A DNA stretch of 64,000 bases, from NCBI GenBank assembly GCA_044892505.1, contig CM097882.1:331514001-331578000 (forward strand). The letters run 5' to 3'. The DNA is from Schmidtea nova. Taxonomy: Eukaryota. Positions 11,042-23,290 of this stretch are shown here, in pieces. How positions within the stretch are numbered: the first letter of the stretch is position 1; every line of letters begins with the position of its first letter. The notes beneath the pieces are model-generated. The model made no database searches, had not been told where the DNA came from, and saw only the letters and a program-made list of their open reading frames with translations. The translations under genes were made by a program, and so were the position numbers.

Positions 11042-12065
11042 ATGAAGGAAATATTATCCAAAAAGAAGGTAACCAAAATTCAACTGAAAAAGATTTGGAC
11101 AAACCTAAAAGATCCCGATGGGTTTGCTGGGGTAAACAAAATTTCAAAAAGACTAAATAATTTAAAGAAAGATACACAAAACTGGTTATCTGATCAATTG
11201 GCATATAGTTTAAATAAACCAATGATGAAAAATTTTCTTACACGTAGTTACAAAACAATTGGTGTTGATGATTTATGGCAAATGGATTTAATGGAAGTGA
11301 TACCTTTTTCAAAAATAAATAATGGATACAAATATATTTAGACTTGTATTGATGTGTTTAGTCGCTATGCGCGTGCAGTTCCAACAAAACCTAAATCTGC
11401 AAATGAAATAGCTGAAGCTATAAAAACTTTATTTTCAATCGGGCAACCTCGAAATTTACAAACTGATTTGGGTAAGATTTTTATAATAGTAAGGTGAAAG
11501 ACATTATCAAGGGTATTAATCATTACTTGGTATTTTTACAATTCAAGGCAACTGTCGTTGGAAGATTCAATCGAACTCTGAGAGATAAATTGAAAAAATA
11601 CTTTGTTTTCAAGTAAATAAAACTTGGATAAATGTTTTCCTAAATTGATATATAGTTAAAATTATTCTCCACATAAAGGAATACAAGGAAAGCGACCCAT
11701 TGATGTTTATTCTACATATTCTATGGATAGTTGGTTATCTGAACAAAAAAATCAATAAAGAAAAAGCCGAAATAAAGAGTCGGTGATCACGTTAGAATCA
11801 GTAAAATTAATGGATCCCCATTTATCAAATCTCGAAAATCAATAAAAATCAGAACCCGGTAATGTACTTCATTACTGATTCTGAAAATAATGAAATCAGT
11901 GGGGAATTCTATGAACAAGAGTTACAAGTCATTCCAGCCCCATCAGTATTCAGAATTCAAAAGATTTTAAAAACCAGAATGGTTGGTAAATATAAACAAT
12001 ATTATGTTCAATGGCATGGGTATGAAAAACCCACTTGAATATCTGAAAACCAATTGATTAAATAA
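11042..12065 (+). pseudogene. Maverick integrase 2 with C-terminal chromodomain
   Basis: DPDGFAGV, WLSDQLAYSLNKP, DDLWQMDL, YI*TCIDVFSRYA, LQTDLGK, RFNRTLRDKL, GEFYEQELQ. Chromo-like FRIQKILKTR...YYVQWHGYEKPT*ISE. Many stops and frameshifts. Confidence 0.88.
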
Positions 12066-12070
12066 ATATT

Positions 12071-13105
12071 ATGAAAAAAACCAGTTTTCTATGATTTTTC
12101 CTAGCAATGCATGTCCTCTTATTTATTCTAATAATGAAGCTAGTAATTTTAATTTAGAATTTCAAAATCCGATTTATTTAAATAGTAATGACGATTGGGA
12201 AGTTGCTTTAATTGATTTTACTTTTGTGTATAATTTGCTCCCGTATTATAGTAATTCTTTTATTCAAATTTAAACTAAAAGAGAAATTCAACAAATTAAT
12301 TATTTGAGAATCAATAATCAAAATAAAACATTCCAAGTTATAGTTTCTCAACCTAGTTCAGACACTGATGTATTTATTGAAAAATATGAATATTTAGTGT
12401 TTGTTTGCCCAGGTGTTCCATTTAAAATTACATTTCCAAATCTTGAACATGCAAAAAGTTTTGGATTGGAAAATACAACAATTATAATTGAAAATGATCA
12501 TTATCGCTTAAAATTACCAAAGTTCACAAATGATAATAATCTTGAACAATTTGGAATATTATTAAATTATGACATTAAAACTGTTATTGATCATTATTTA
12601 GAAAAAGAATTATTCATAACATCATTACCCGAATTGCAAGGATATTTAATAAAAATTAATCAATATCTATTCAAAGAAATGAAACTTGTCAATAATGAAT
12701 CGGTTAAAATTATTCTTCATGATAATATTTCAAAAATTACTTTTGATTCAAATTTAGCCAAATCTCTGAGTCTATAGAAACAAACATATACTGATACATA
12801 AGTAATCGATGTAAAAATACCCAAAATTTTACAACTTTATCAGCAAATGTTCATTTACAGTAACATTATCGAACCAGTCACTGTTGGAGATGTACGAGTT
12901 CCCTTCCTAAAATCAATTTGGATCAAGAAATATGAGCAAGGTGAAGTTGTACAAATTGAAATAAAGAATTCAATGTATTTGTCGATTTCAACATCAACTA
13001 TAAACAACATTTAAATCAATATTCGCGATGACAGTGGAAAATAAATTAAAATTTCAAAAGATACAGACTCATTTGACTCTACATTTTCGTAAGATAAAAG
13101 ATTAA
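12071..13105 (+). pseudogene. Minor capsid protein (penton-like), copy 1
   Basis: FPSNACPLIYSNNEASNFNLEFQNPIYLNSNDDWEVALIDF ... MFIYSNIIEPVTVGDVRVPFLK ... INIRDDSG ... HLTLHFRK. Confidence 0.82.
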
Positions 13106-13109
13106 AAAA

Positions 13110-14115
13110 CTTTTTTTTAAATTTACAAAGTAATTCTTGCCTATTGACTCATCACAATAATAAAGCTGGAAAATTCAATGTTGAATATCAAAACCCGATT
13201 TATTTGGATGGTAGTTGAGAAGTTGTTCTTATGGATTTTACTTTTGTGTACAATGAATTTCCGTTTTATAATAGTTCAAGTATAAAATTTACTAGAAGTG
13301 AATTACATTCTAGTTATGAATATTTCAATTTTAACCAGCAAAAGAATGAATATGATATTAGTCACAATTCTAATTATTATTTGATGTATATTGATGGCAA
13401 TATTTTAAATGTAAATTGTAAATATTTTTCATTTCAAATAATATTTGATAGTGTTGAAGGAGCTAAAAAATTAGGGTTTCAAGAAAAATCTGTGACATTT
13501 AATGATGAATTAAACAAAATTGAAATTCCTGCAAATGAAAATAAAAAACTTGATGATACTATACGATTTACTATAACTTATACTTATCCTGTTGAATATA
13601 CAGATAATTTTAAAGACGATTTAATAATAAATAATCTTACTGAATTATTTGATCAAATTGAAACTTTTTACCCATATCCATTTAAGGTGATTGATATTAG
13701 AGAAGGAAAATTAATTAAATTAATTCTTGAAAATGATATAACTAGTGTTAAATTTAGTTGGAATTTAGCAAATTCGTTAGGATTAGTTGAACAAGAATTC
13801 TTCGATAAAATTATTGATAATGTATATTATCCACAAGTTTTAAAACTTCATCAACAAATGTTCATCTATACAAATATGATTAAACAAATTCTTGTTGGAG
13901 AGATGTCAGTTCCTCTATTGAAATGTGTTTGGGTTGAAAAACATAAAAAGGGCGATTTGGTTCAAATTTTTGAGAAAATTCCTATGTATTTATCGGTCAG
14001 TTCCACGTATATAAACAATATAGAAATCAATATTCGTGACGACAGTGGACAAATAGTTAAATTTGCAAAAGAAGACAAGACTTACTTGACATTACATTAT
14101 ATTTCCGTAAAATAA
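13110..14115 (+). pseudogene. Minor capsid protein (penton-like), copy 2
   Basis: LQSNSCLLTHHNNKAGKFNVEYQNPIYLDGS*EVVLMDF ... MFIYTNMIKQILVGEMSVPLLK ... IEINIRDDSG ... YLTLHY. Confidence 0.85.
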
Positions 14116-14571
14116 ATGAATAATCCAGATATTATCAGTTTCTATAGCAACAGTCAATCAGGTGGAGAATTACCGCATTTTGTAGGTAAACAATATGGAA
14201 CTGGTTGGTTGAAAACAATAGGTAGATTTGCATTACCAGTTCTTAGACGTATTGGAAATTTTGGTATGAAAACTGCCAATGATGTGTTAAATAATAATTC
14301 AAAGATTTTACCTGCACTAAAATCCAATGCCATTTCTGAAATTAAAGATTCATTGCCCGATGTGATTCATCATTTGCCACAAGTAATTAATAAAGTGACG
14401 GATGTGTTTAACGAAAATAAAACTGAAAATAAACAAAATGGCGGAATTCTTAAACGTAAAAGAAATATGAAGAAACATATAAACAAAAGAATGAAAGGAT
14501 ATGGAACAATATTTGAAAAAATGATTAGTGCAAAATCTGAATTATGTCTTTTTGACAGACCATCTCCATAA
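14116..14571 (+). CDS. PZ-like (adintovirus GasderminX-like) amphipathic virion protein
   Basis: QSGGELPHFVGKQYGTGWLKTIGRFALPVLRRIGNFGMKTANDVL. The ORF reads through in frame into the capsid start at 14521. Confidence 0.75.
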   Translation: MNNPDIISFYSNSQSGGELPHFVGKQYGTGWLKTIGRFALPVLRRIGNFGMKTANDVLNNNSKILPALKSNAISEIKDSLPDVIHHLPQVINKVTDVFNENKTENKQNGGILKRKRNMKKHINKRMKGYGTIFEKMISAKSELCLFDRPSP

Positions 14572-15713
14572 GCAATGATAGAACATGGTGATTGGAAGAT
14601 ATTTATCCAACAAATTCTATTACAGATGCTGGAACATCCTCTATTCAATATTTCATCAACGGATCTCAAACTGAATATTTAGATTTGAATGATACTTTAC
14701 TCTCTTCAGGTCAAAGTTGTAAACAAATAGGGTGAAAATTTAGGATCGATGCTGATGTTACTCCAACTAATTTCTTTTTCCAAACTCTTTTTAAAGAAGC
14801 CGAATTAATTTTCAATTCTACTAAAGTTGAAGGGGGAAATGATACATTTACATAAATAGCCATGATTGAAACTATTTCCAACTACAAAACACACATTTTT
14901 AACTCCAATGCGATACAATGATCATGATCTTACTAAAAAAACATGGATTGCAAAATCAAAACCATTTTCAATTTGTTCTCTATTACATTTCGATTTCATT
15001 GAACAATCCAAGTATTTATTATCAGGTGTCAGTGTTCAAATTAAATTGACGAGATCAAATCGATCCAAATATTGAACCTAAAATTGAATGATTAAAGGCA
15101 AATTTAATGGTTAAAAGAGTTCGAGTTGAACCATCAGTTTTGGCTGGGCATCAAATTGGACTTGGTACAAGAAATGCAATTTATCCAATAAAAAATATGG
15201 AAGTTGTAGAACTTTCATTGCCAATGGGTTCTTCGTCATTTTATAAAGAACAAATCTTTGGTGATAGACGATTACCAAACTTTATTCTTGTAGCATTTCT
15301 AGGTAAAAAAAGACACGGTGGTTCCTTTACTGAAACTTATTCTATTTACGATCATTTTAATGTAAAATCTTTAAGTATCGAAAGGAAGGGATTATCGTGA
15401 AAAATATTCAAAATATTTTGAAAATGATAATTGCAGTACCAGTTATATGCAATCTATTATCCGTAACCTTGGTTATCTGAATAAGAGTATGAATTGTGGT
15501 ATTTCATTAACTGATTGGAAAACCAAATATCATTTTTTCACCTTCGTTTTGGCTCCAGATTTTGATCTAAATCAAAGTCAATTATCTCAACAGGGTAATC
15601 TAAGACTTGATATTGAATTTGGTACACCATTAACTTAATCAGTTTCTTTAATTGTATATGGAGTTTCTGAAAAGGAATTACAAATTACAGCTAATCGAAC
15701 AATACTGGTTTGA
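14521..15713 (+). pseudogene. Major capsid protein (PY/hexon-like), internally deleted
   Basis: KSELCLFDRPSP, YLDLNDTLL, VTPTNFFFQTLF, VKRVRVEPSVL, LPNFILVAF, FNVKSLSI, FTFVLAPD, GNLRLDIEFGTPL, IVYGVSEKELQI. Confidence 0.88.
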
Positions 15714-15770
15714 TTGAAAATCAAATAATTTGAATGGTTATAAACTAATTTGACTAAAATTTATCATCAA

Positions 15771-16110
15771 ATGAAGTAAGATTTTAATTTAATTTTAATT
15801 TTTATTAGTTCTATTCAGATTGAATATATTGCTAGAAAGTTATTGGGATCGGAATTTCTTGGTGTTTTTCCGTTGGATAAAATCCTATATATTGATGTAA
15901 ACAAAGCTTTGATTGTCAATACTCAATCATCAAACCTTAATGGTGAACGTGTTTGATCCAATGGGATTTTATTATCCACTGTTATTGATTTACAAACTAT
16001 CTTCAATGTTGATGCCAATTGAATATAACAGAATCCGATACCAGAATCCAATGACAAAAACATGTGGTCAGCACTGTATAGCATGGCTAATAAAAATGTT
16101 TAATATATAA
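15771..16110 (+). pseudogene. Adenain-like cysteine protease, catalytic His segment deleted
   Basis: FLGVFPLDK, IVNTQSSNLNGE joined directly to FDPMG (HW segment missing), YQNPMTKTCGQHC. Possible 33 nt intron at 15776-15808. Confidence 0.85.
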
Positions 16111-17878
16111 ATATTTGTATTGAAAATTTGTATTATTTTTTAATTCATAATATTTTCAATTTTAGTTAAATTTGTTTTGTTTAATATTTTACATTGCAGT
16201 AATCTAATTCATGTGCTCATGTGTGTCCATGGTATTGTTGATGTGTTGTGTATAATGTATTAATTAAGTATATAAACGAAAAAAATTCATTTTTAAATCA
16301 CTTTTTACTTTGATAAGTGAATTTTTGTTTTAAAATTTTTTGAATTAATTTTTATTATTTTTTAGAAATGAATAATTTTACAAATATGAATTCTGAAGTG
16401 AATAATATTATCGGAGAATCGAAAAAGGAAAATGTTAAAAATATTATTTCAAGAAACAAAAAACAAGCAATAAAATGTAAGAATTTAGTAAATTGATTTA
16501 TTTTTAAATTTTGGTAAACTAACTATTAATTTTTATTAATTATATGTTAATTACATTCAAATTATTTGAATATTTAAATAATACATTCGTTGAATTATTT
16601 AATTTGAATTTAAATTTTATACGTAAAATTAACTATTTAAAGAAAATGAATTTTGGATAATTGTGATATTAAACATGTTGATTACATTCAAATTATTTAA
16701 ATATTTAAACAATAGGGTTTACATACGGTTTTATGTAAATGTTTATCCATCAAACTATTAAATCAAACTATTCCGCAGCCTAAGGGACTGGCTGGTTCCA
16801 TTTATATATAATAGATATTAATTTGTGTAGAATCTTTACAATTTTGCTTGTTAATATATTGTATTTTTTTAAAGTATTGAATTCAAATGCTACTATGCTA
16901 CAAAAGTATTGACATTTAATTTATTAAAAATATGTTTGTAATAACATAATAAACATTAATAAAAATTTAAACCCAACAAATGGCTCCTAGGAAGCATCAC
17001 GAAGTTACAATAAAATAACATGGTTGGTTTAAACGATTATAGGTTTGAACTCACAAACAGATTTCAAAATTTGAAACGATAAATTAGTAGACGAATCATA
17101 TACCGGTACATACATAGTTGCCAGATATCTATGGTTTCTTTTAAAATATTAAGAGAATTCCTTAATATCACGAAGTTAGCCGAGTTTACCCTATATTAAT
17201 TGAATTATTTAATTAACTTAAATTATTTAAATATTTATTTAATTTGAATTATAATTTTATATGTAAAATTTATTATTTAAACAAAATCAATTTTGGATAA
17301 TTATGATATTAAAAATTTTAATGAAAAGCATCTATTTTTTATCACATTAAATAGTTGTAAACTAAATATTTCAATAAAAAAGACAAGATTTGATAATTAA
17401 ATTTTATTCATATAAAATAGATTCTATAATCTTCCAAACTGATTTTACAACATTGTTTGATTTTTTAAAACCTTGTATCATAATCTTGATTTGATACATT
17501 GAATTTTCTTCGTGATTTTAAAAATTGCAATCTTTATTAATATTCATGTAAAATAGATTCTATCTTCATTAAATAGCATTTCTTTATTGATTGCTAATAA
17601 AATTTCACTTATATTTCTTCTATCAATGTCCATGATTTTTCCTACTTGAATGTTATAAAAACCTTGCTTCAAAGTTACAGGTTCCTAAATAATAAAAATT
17701 AACGAATGTTTTTTAATTAATCAAGTAAATTACTTTAAAAGAATACGTTATTAGATATTTCAAATATTCCATCGAATATTGAAGAAATTGTACTGCAGGA
17801 TTTCTGACCAGATTAGCTTCCGAAATTGAATTTTCTTCAAGAATAATTTTCATAACTTCTTGTGTGGTCATCTTTCTT

Positions 17879-18980
17879 GGTCCTAAAATAAAAAATTTTG
17901 GTTCTTTTCGGTTAACTGATCGCATTTTTTTATTTTCTGCATAAATCTTATTTTTTTCATTTTTTTCTCATTTTTTTATTTTAACATTTTAAGAAGAAAT
18001 ACTCATTATTTTTTCATAAAATATTTAAATGATTTTGATCAATAAAATATATTTAAATGATTTTTCTCATTTTTTTATTTTAACATTTTAACAAGAAATA
18101 CTCATTATTTTTTCATTACTTTAGCCTCTCATGGTTCTCAAATATCACGAATTGCCCAACGAAGAGGAAGAGAGTGTCCTATTCCTGCAAGAGCGTGGGA
18201 TTCTGCCGGCCATGCGTGTGTGTGCCAAAGGACATCAAATGAAGCTATATTTTGGAAAACAAGTCCAGTGGAAGTGCAATCGAGCCTCGTGTCGCCGAAC
18301 TGTGAAAATGAGAGTTGGAAACTGGACCGAAGGCCTCCGACTACCTTTTGAAACAATCATCCGATTCATCTACGCCTGGGCTGAGGAATGGGCATCTATC
18401 AAATTCTGCGAACGTCAACTGGAAATGGACGGAGAGACGACCGTCAAATACTGCAAATTCATGCGCGAAGTGTGCTCTTGGTGCCTTTAACAAGAGCATC
18501 AGATAATCGGAGGCGAAGAATCATGCGGGTCGTGTTCCTTATCCGAGTTATTGACCAAAGTGCCGCCACTCTCTTGTCGATCATCGCCGAACACGTTCAC
18601 CAAAATTCTACGATCATAACCGATTCATGGCGTGCTTACAACGGACTGCAGGATACTGGCTTTACTCATCAGCGCGTCAATCACCGCTACAATTTCGTCG
18701 ATCCGGACACCGGTGCTCACACACAAAATGCTGAAAGGATGTGGCGTACTGTGAAGTGGCGAAACAAAAGGCAGAGCGGCACCAAGCGAATTTTTCTGGA
18801 ATCATATTTGGAGGAATTCATGTGGCGACGAAACAGGGGCGAAGATGAACCGTTTGACCAGATTCTTCGCTTTATTGCTGATTTTCGTCCACCGGATATT
18901 GAAATTTAAATGATTTTGATCAATAAAATATATTTTTAAAAATGCGATCAGTTAACCGAAAAGAACCAAAATTTTTAAAA
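17879..18980 (+). mobile_element. Merlin (IS1595/ISXO2-like) DNA transposon, internally deleted
   Basis: Inverted repeats ttttggttcttttcggttaactgatcgcatttt and aaaatgcgatcagttaaccgaaaagaaccaaaa flank the transposase. Confidence 0.85.
18131..18909 (+). pseudogene. Merlin transposase remnant
   Basis: Zn-binding CAKGH/WKCNRASC; TIITDSWRAYNGL, VNHRYNFVDPDTGAHTQNAERMW, YLEEFMWRR. The first catalytic D segment is deleted. Confidence 0.9.
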
Positions 18981-19589
18981 AATATTCATTTTATAATTAT
19001 AAAACTTACTTTTAAGTTGAAACATTTTTAAAATGAAATCTATATTTTGTTAGATCATTTATATATGTTTTCAAAATTTATATTATCAATCAAAATTCAT
19101 TTAGCACTTTANNNNNNNNNNNNNNNNNNNNNNNNNNNNNNNNNNNNNNNNNNNNNNNNNNNNNNNNNNNNNNNNNNNNNNNNNNNNNNNNNNNNNNNNN
19201 NNNNNNNNNNNNNNNNNNNNNNNNNNNNNNNNNNNNNNNNNNNNNNNNNNNNNNNNNNNNNATTTATATATAGTAATTTTTATTTTTTTATAGGCGGATT
19301 ATATCCTCAATATTGTAACTCATTTTATCATGATGAAAACTGTCATGATTCGATGGAGAAATATTATTCATACACCCATAACCGGATAACTTACCTTATC
19401 TGCCCCACTTATAAATCTACTTCTGTCTCTTCTTATATAGACTTTTATAATTCTCGTTGTAAACATTTGAATCAATTTCAATGTTCTAAGAAATCGATTT
19501 TTAACTTACCACGTGGTAATAATAATATTAATATTAACAATATTAATAATAATATTAATAATAATAATAATAATATTATCATAATTATC

Positions 19590-19810
19590 TTTTTTCACCT
19601 TTGATCTTATTTTATTATTATTATCAATAATTCTCATGACTATAGATCAAAATTTTTTTTATAAACAATAACACAATATTTCGGCACAGCCTTTATCAAG
19701 TTGATAAAGGCTGTGCCGAAATATTGTGTTATTGTTTATAAAAAAAATTTTGATCTATAGTCATTATGAGAACTATTGATAATAATAATAATAATATTAA
19801 TAATAAAAAT
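19590..19810. repeat. Near-perfect palindrome made of a Penelope-like terminal sequence
   Basis: Centre ctttatcaa-g-ttgataaag at 19700. Arms of ~90-110 bp match 33962-34070. Confidence 0.9.
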
Positions 19811-19869
19811 ATTATTAATAATAAAAGAAAAAGACTGATCTGTGATCACACCCCAATTAAAATAATTAA

Positions 19870-22800
19870 ATGAAATGAAATAGTTGTTCTTTCTGATGAC
19901 GACGATATCATTGTTCCTTCTGAAATAGTTGTTCTTTCTAATGACGAACCCATCATATATGTTCAATATTGTGGTTCCCTTCTTCATTACGTTAAATTTG
20001 ATTTAAGAAAATCTCACGCCATTGTGAAAATGATTGTTTCTCACTTGGCTTTGAAAACTTTAATTTTACCCGATATTTTAATCAATAAATTAAATTATGT
20101 TATTAATGAGTTGGGGTCTGTCAAAATACAATTTAGTGTTGATGTAGAGTTTGAAAAAGATGGTGAATTTCAATCATTCATTATTTCAAACTCTGCAAGA
20201 TCCATGGGTGATACCTTTTTTGGTGAAGGTATCACTCTTTTAAATGAAAAAAATATCTTTAATTAATGAAAAGGGAAGTAATTTGGTTATCAACCAACTC
20301 AACGAAATCCATTTTGAATTAACTAAATTGTTCAAATTAGTCGATTGCGGGGCAGAGGTCATATAAATACTCCAATTTCTTTATTACCAAAACATTGTGT
20401 TGTAAACGTAGTTAATTCCGATGATTTATGTTTCATTTATAGCATTTTGGCTATTTTAAAATTTGATGAGGTAGATAATAATAGAAATAAAGCAAAAAAT
20501 TTTGTCTTTGACTATTCTGAAATGCTCATGAGACTTTTTAATATTCCAAAATTTGAAGCTAAAAATCCTGGACTTTCGATTAATGTTCTTTCTTATGATG
20601 AGGATGCTTTGCTTGATACTATGGTAAACCCAGATGTTTTTAAATATCCCTGTGTTGACTTTATTCACCGGTCTAAAGTTGTTGGTGGTACTCCTATTAA
20701 CTTGATTTTTTGGAAAGTGGTGATGTATATCATTATATTACAGTCACCGATCTTGATAGGCTTTTGAATCTTGATGAACGTACAATTTCCAATACTCGCA
20801 TTCAAAGTTTGTAGTGTCATCGATGCTTGAATGGATTTCGAAAACAGGAATCATTTGATTTTCATCAACAGTTGTGTGCTAAAGTTCAATTAGACACAAC
20901 TCTTTCTACTCTGCCTAGAAATAAAAATTTTAAATTTAGTAATTGGGGCAAAACAATTACCCCGCCTTTTGTTGTTTACGCCGATTTTGAGGCAATCTTA
21001 CCTACTGCTGATAAGTACTTTCAGAGACATGTCCCAATATCTGCCAGTCTTTTACTTGTAAATAATTTCACTGGCGAAAAAACTTACAAGAGTTTCTTAG
21101 GTATTATTGCGTGACTAATTTTCTTACTGAAATTAGTAATATTTTTGAAACTATTACTTATCCTTTTTATAAAAATAATTACAAGAAACCTCTTTTTATA
21201 ACTTTAACCAATCAACAAGCATTTTCAATGACGACAATTTGTTATCTCTGTAATAAAACCTTAGTCAAACCGGTTAAGGATCATGATCACTACACAGGAG
21301 AATATTTGGGTGCAACATGTAATTCTTGTAATCAATACCGTCGTTTATACAAGTTTTTACCCGTTATTTTTCATAATTTAAAGGGCTATGACTTGCACCA
21401 TATTAGTAAATATAGTTTGGCTAATTTTAAAAATTGGAAAATTTCTTGTATTCCAACATCTAGCTAAAAATTCTTAACTTTATCTCCAAGAGTCGGTGAC
21501 TTAACCATTAAATTCATTGATTCTTGTCAGTTTGTTAATTCTAGCTTAAATGATGCTGTTAAGACTCTTACTTGTTTGCCTTTGACAAGATCTGAATTCA
21601 CCGGGCCTATTGTTGATTGTAAGGGTATCTTTCCTTATAATTTTACCACATCTTTAGAAATTCTTAACAACACTTATGAGTTTCCGCCAATCTGGAAAGG
21701 TGTTAATCAAGAACAATATGAAAAGCCATTGGTGATTTGGAAGGAATCCCAGTATCAAACTCTGTGTGACTATATGATGGTCTGCCTTAAACTGGATGTT
21801 TTTCTTCTTGCTGATTTCTTTCAACAGTTTAGGGCAGAATATATTGCTCACAATCGACTTGAGCCTTTGAATATTTTGGGAATTTCAGGTATGTCGTGGG
21901 CTTCTGCGCTTATTACCTTAGATGAACCAATTGAATTACTCCCGGATATGTAAATTTATAATTTTTTCGAAAGGGGGATCCGTGCTGGATTGACAACAAA
22001 CATCATGAAGTATCCTCTGAAACGACTGAAATTTTATATATTGACATAAATAATTTATACGGGTGGGCTTTAATCCAAAAATTACCTTATGGTGAGGTTA
22101 ATTGGATCACAGATCAAAATAAATTTAATTAATTAATTTAATTAATGAAGGCTGATTTGGCTATTTTAACTTATGGCGTATGTTTTGAAATGGATCTTGA
22201 AAACCCTTCAAAAATTCACGATAAATTAAATGAATTCCTGTTTGCAGCAGAGTAAATGTGTGCTCCGGATTCAAAAGTTGAGAAGTTAATGCTTACGCAT
22301 TATCCAACGTTTAGCTATGTTGTTCATTGGAGGCTTCTCAAGCTTTTTGTTTCTTTGGGTGTCAAATTAACACGAGTTCATCGAGCTGTTCAGTATAAAC
22401 AGAAACTCATTTTTAAAAATTACATTGACACAAACACTCAACTTAGGGCAGCTTTTTCTACGGCTTTAGATAAGAAATATTACAAACTCTTGAATAATAG
22501 TCTTTATGGGAAAACGGTTGAAAGCCTTAAGAAAAGACTTAATTTACAACTATGTAATTCAGCATCAAAACTGATTACAAATACTTCAAAACCTACGTTT
22601 CGAAAAACTTAAAGGATTGAGGATGACCTAATTTCTGTCCTGCTTAAAAAGGACTCCAGCTACATTGGTCAAATTGTACTGGATTTATCTAAACTTAGGA
22701 TGTATGAACTCCAGTATGAAGAATTACAAAAATATCGTCATGAATTCAACTGTGAGATTGGTATAGTCGGTGATGATACAGATTCTTTCTTCTTGGATGT

Positions 22801-23290
22801 TAAGAATTGTAAGTTGGATATTCTTTTGTCTGCTATGGTTAGGGATAGGTTATTAGATACTTCGAATAAAGACCCAAAACATACCTTGTACTGGAAAAAC
22901 CTAAATTCTGTCATTGGTAAATTCAAAGACGAGAATAAAGGATTCAAGTATGAGGAGTGGATGTTTCTTAGGCCAAAGTGTTTCAGTCTTTTAGGTGATG
23001 AAGAGTGCATTAAGGCTTAAGGTATAACATTGAAGGATACTGAATTGAATCATAAGTCGTATTTGTATTGTTATAATAATAATTCAATAGTTTCTGTTGA
23101 TCAGTCGAGAAAAGTATGTAAGAATCATCAACTTTTACCGATAAATCTTCTAAGATTGCCTTGACTAATCTTGATTACAAAAGACTTTGGGTGGGGAAAA
23201 TGTTAGTCTGGCTTATGGACATTATAAGGGAATTGATGTGGTTATGGGGGTGTGTGAAGATGCTGATGAATCCGATTAAGAATTTGCCTG
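19870..23290 (+). pseudogene. Protein-primed family B DNA polymerase (pPolB), fragmented
   Basis: VVYADFEAIL, DHDHYTGEYLGATCNSCN (EndoVII-like insert), FHNLKGYDLH, KGIFPY, LDVFLLAD, YIDINNLYGWA, KLLNNSLYGKT, GDDTDSFF, GKFKDE, FLRPKCFS. Confidence 0.95.

Noticed and set aside
5667-11222. Minus-strand ORFs such as 5667-5879, 6707-7027, 8615-8803, 10496-10864 and 10965-11222
   Set aside because: Antisense shadows of plus-strand Maverick genes with no motifs of their own.
18131-18909. Bacterial IS1595 contamination or recent horizontal transfer
   Set aside because: The N-terminal Zn motif and context fit eukaryotic Merlin, and the flanks are eukaryotic mobile DNA.
19047-19604. ORFs spanning N runs (also 33770-34003 and 60071-60364)
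   Set aside because: Artefacts of assembly gaps and AAT low complexity.
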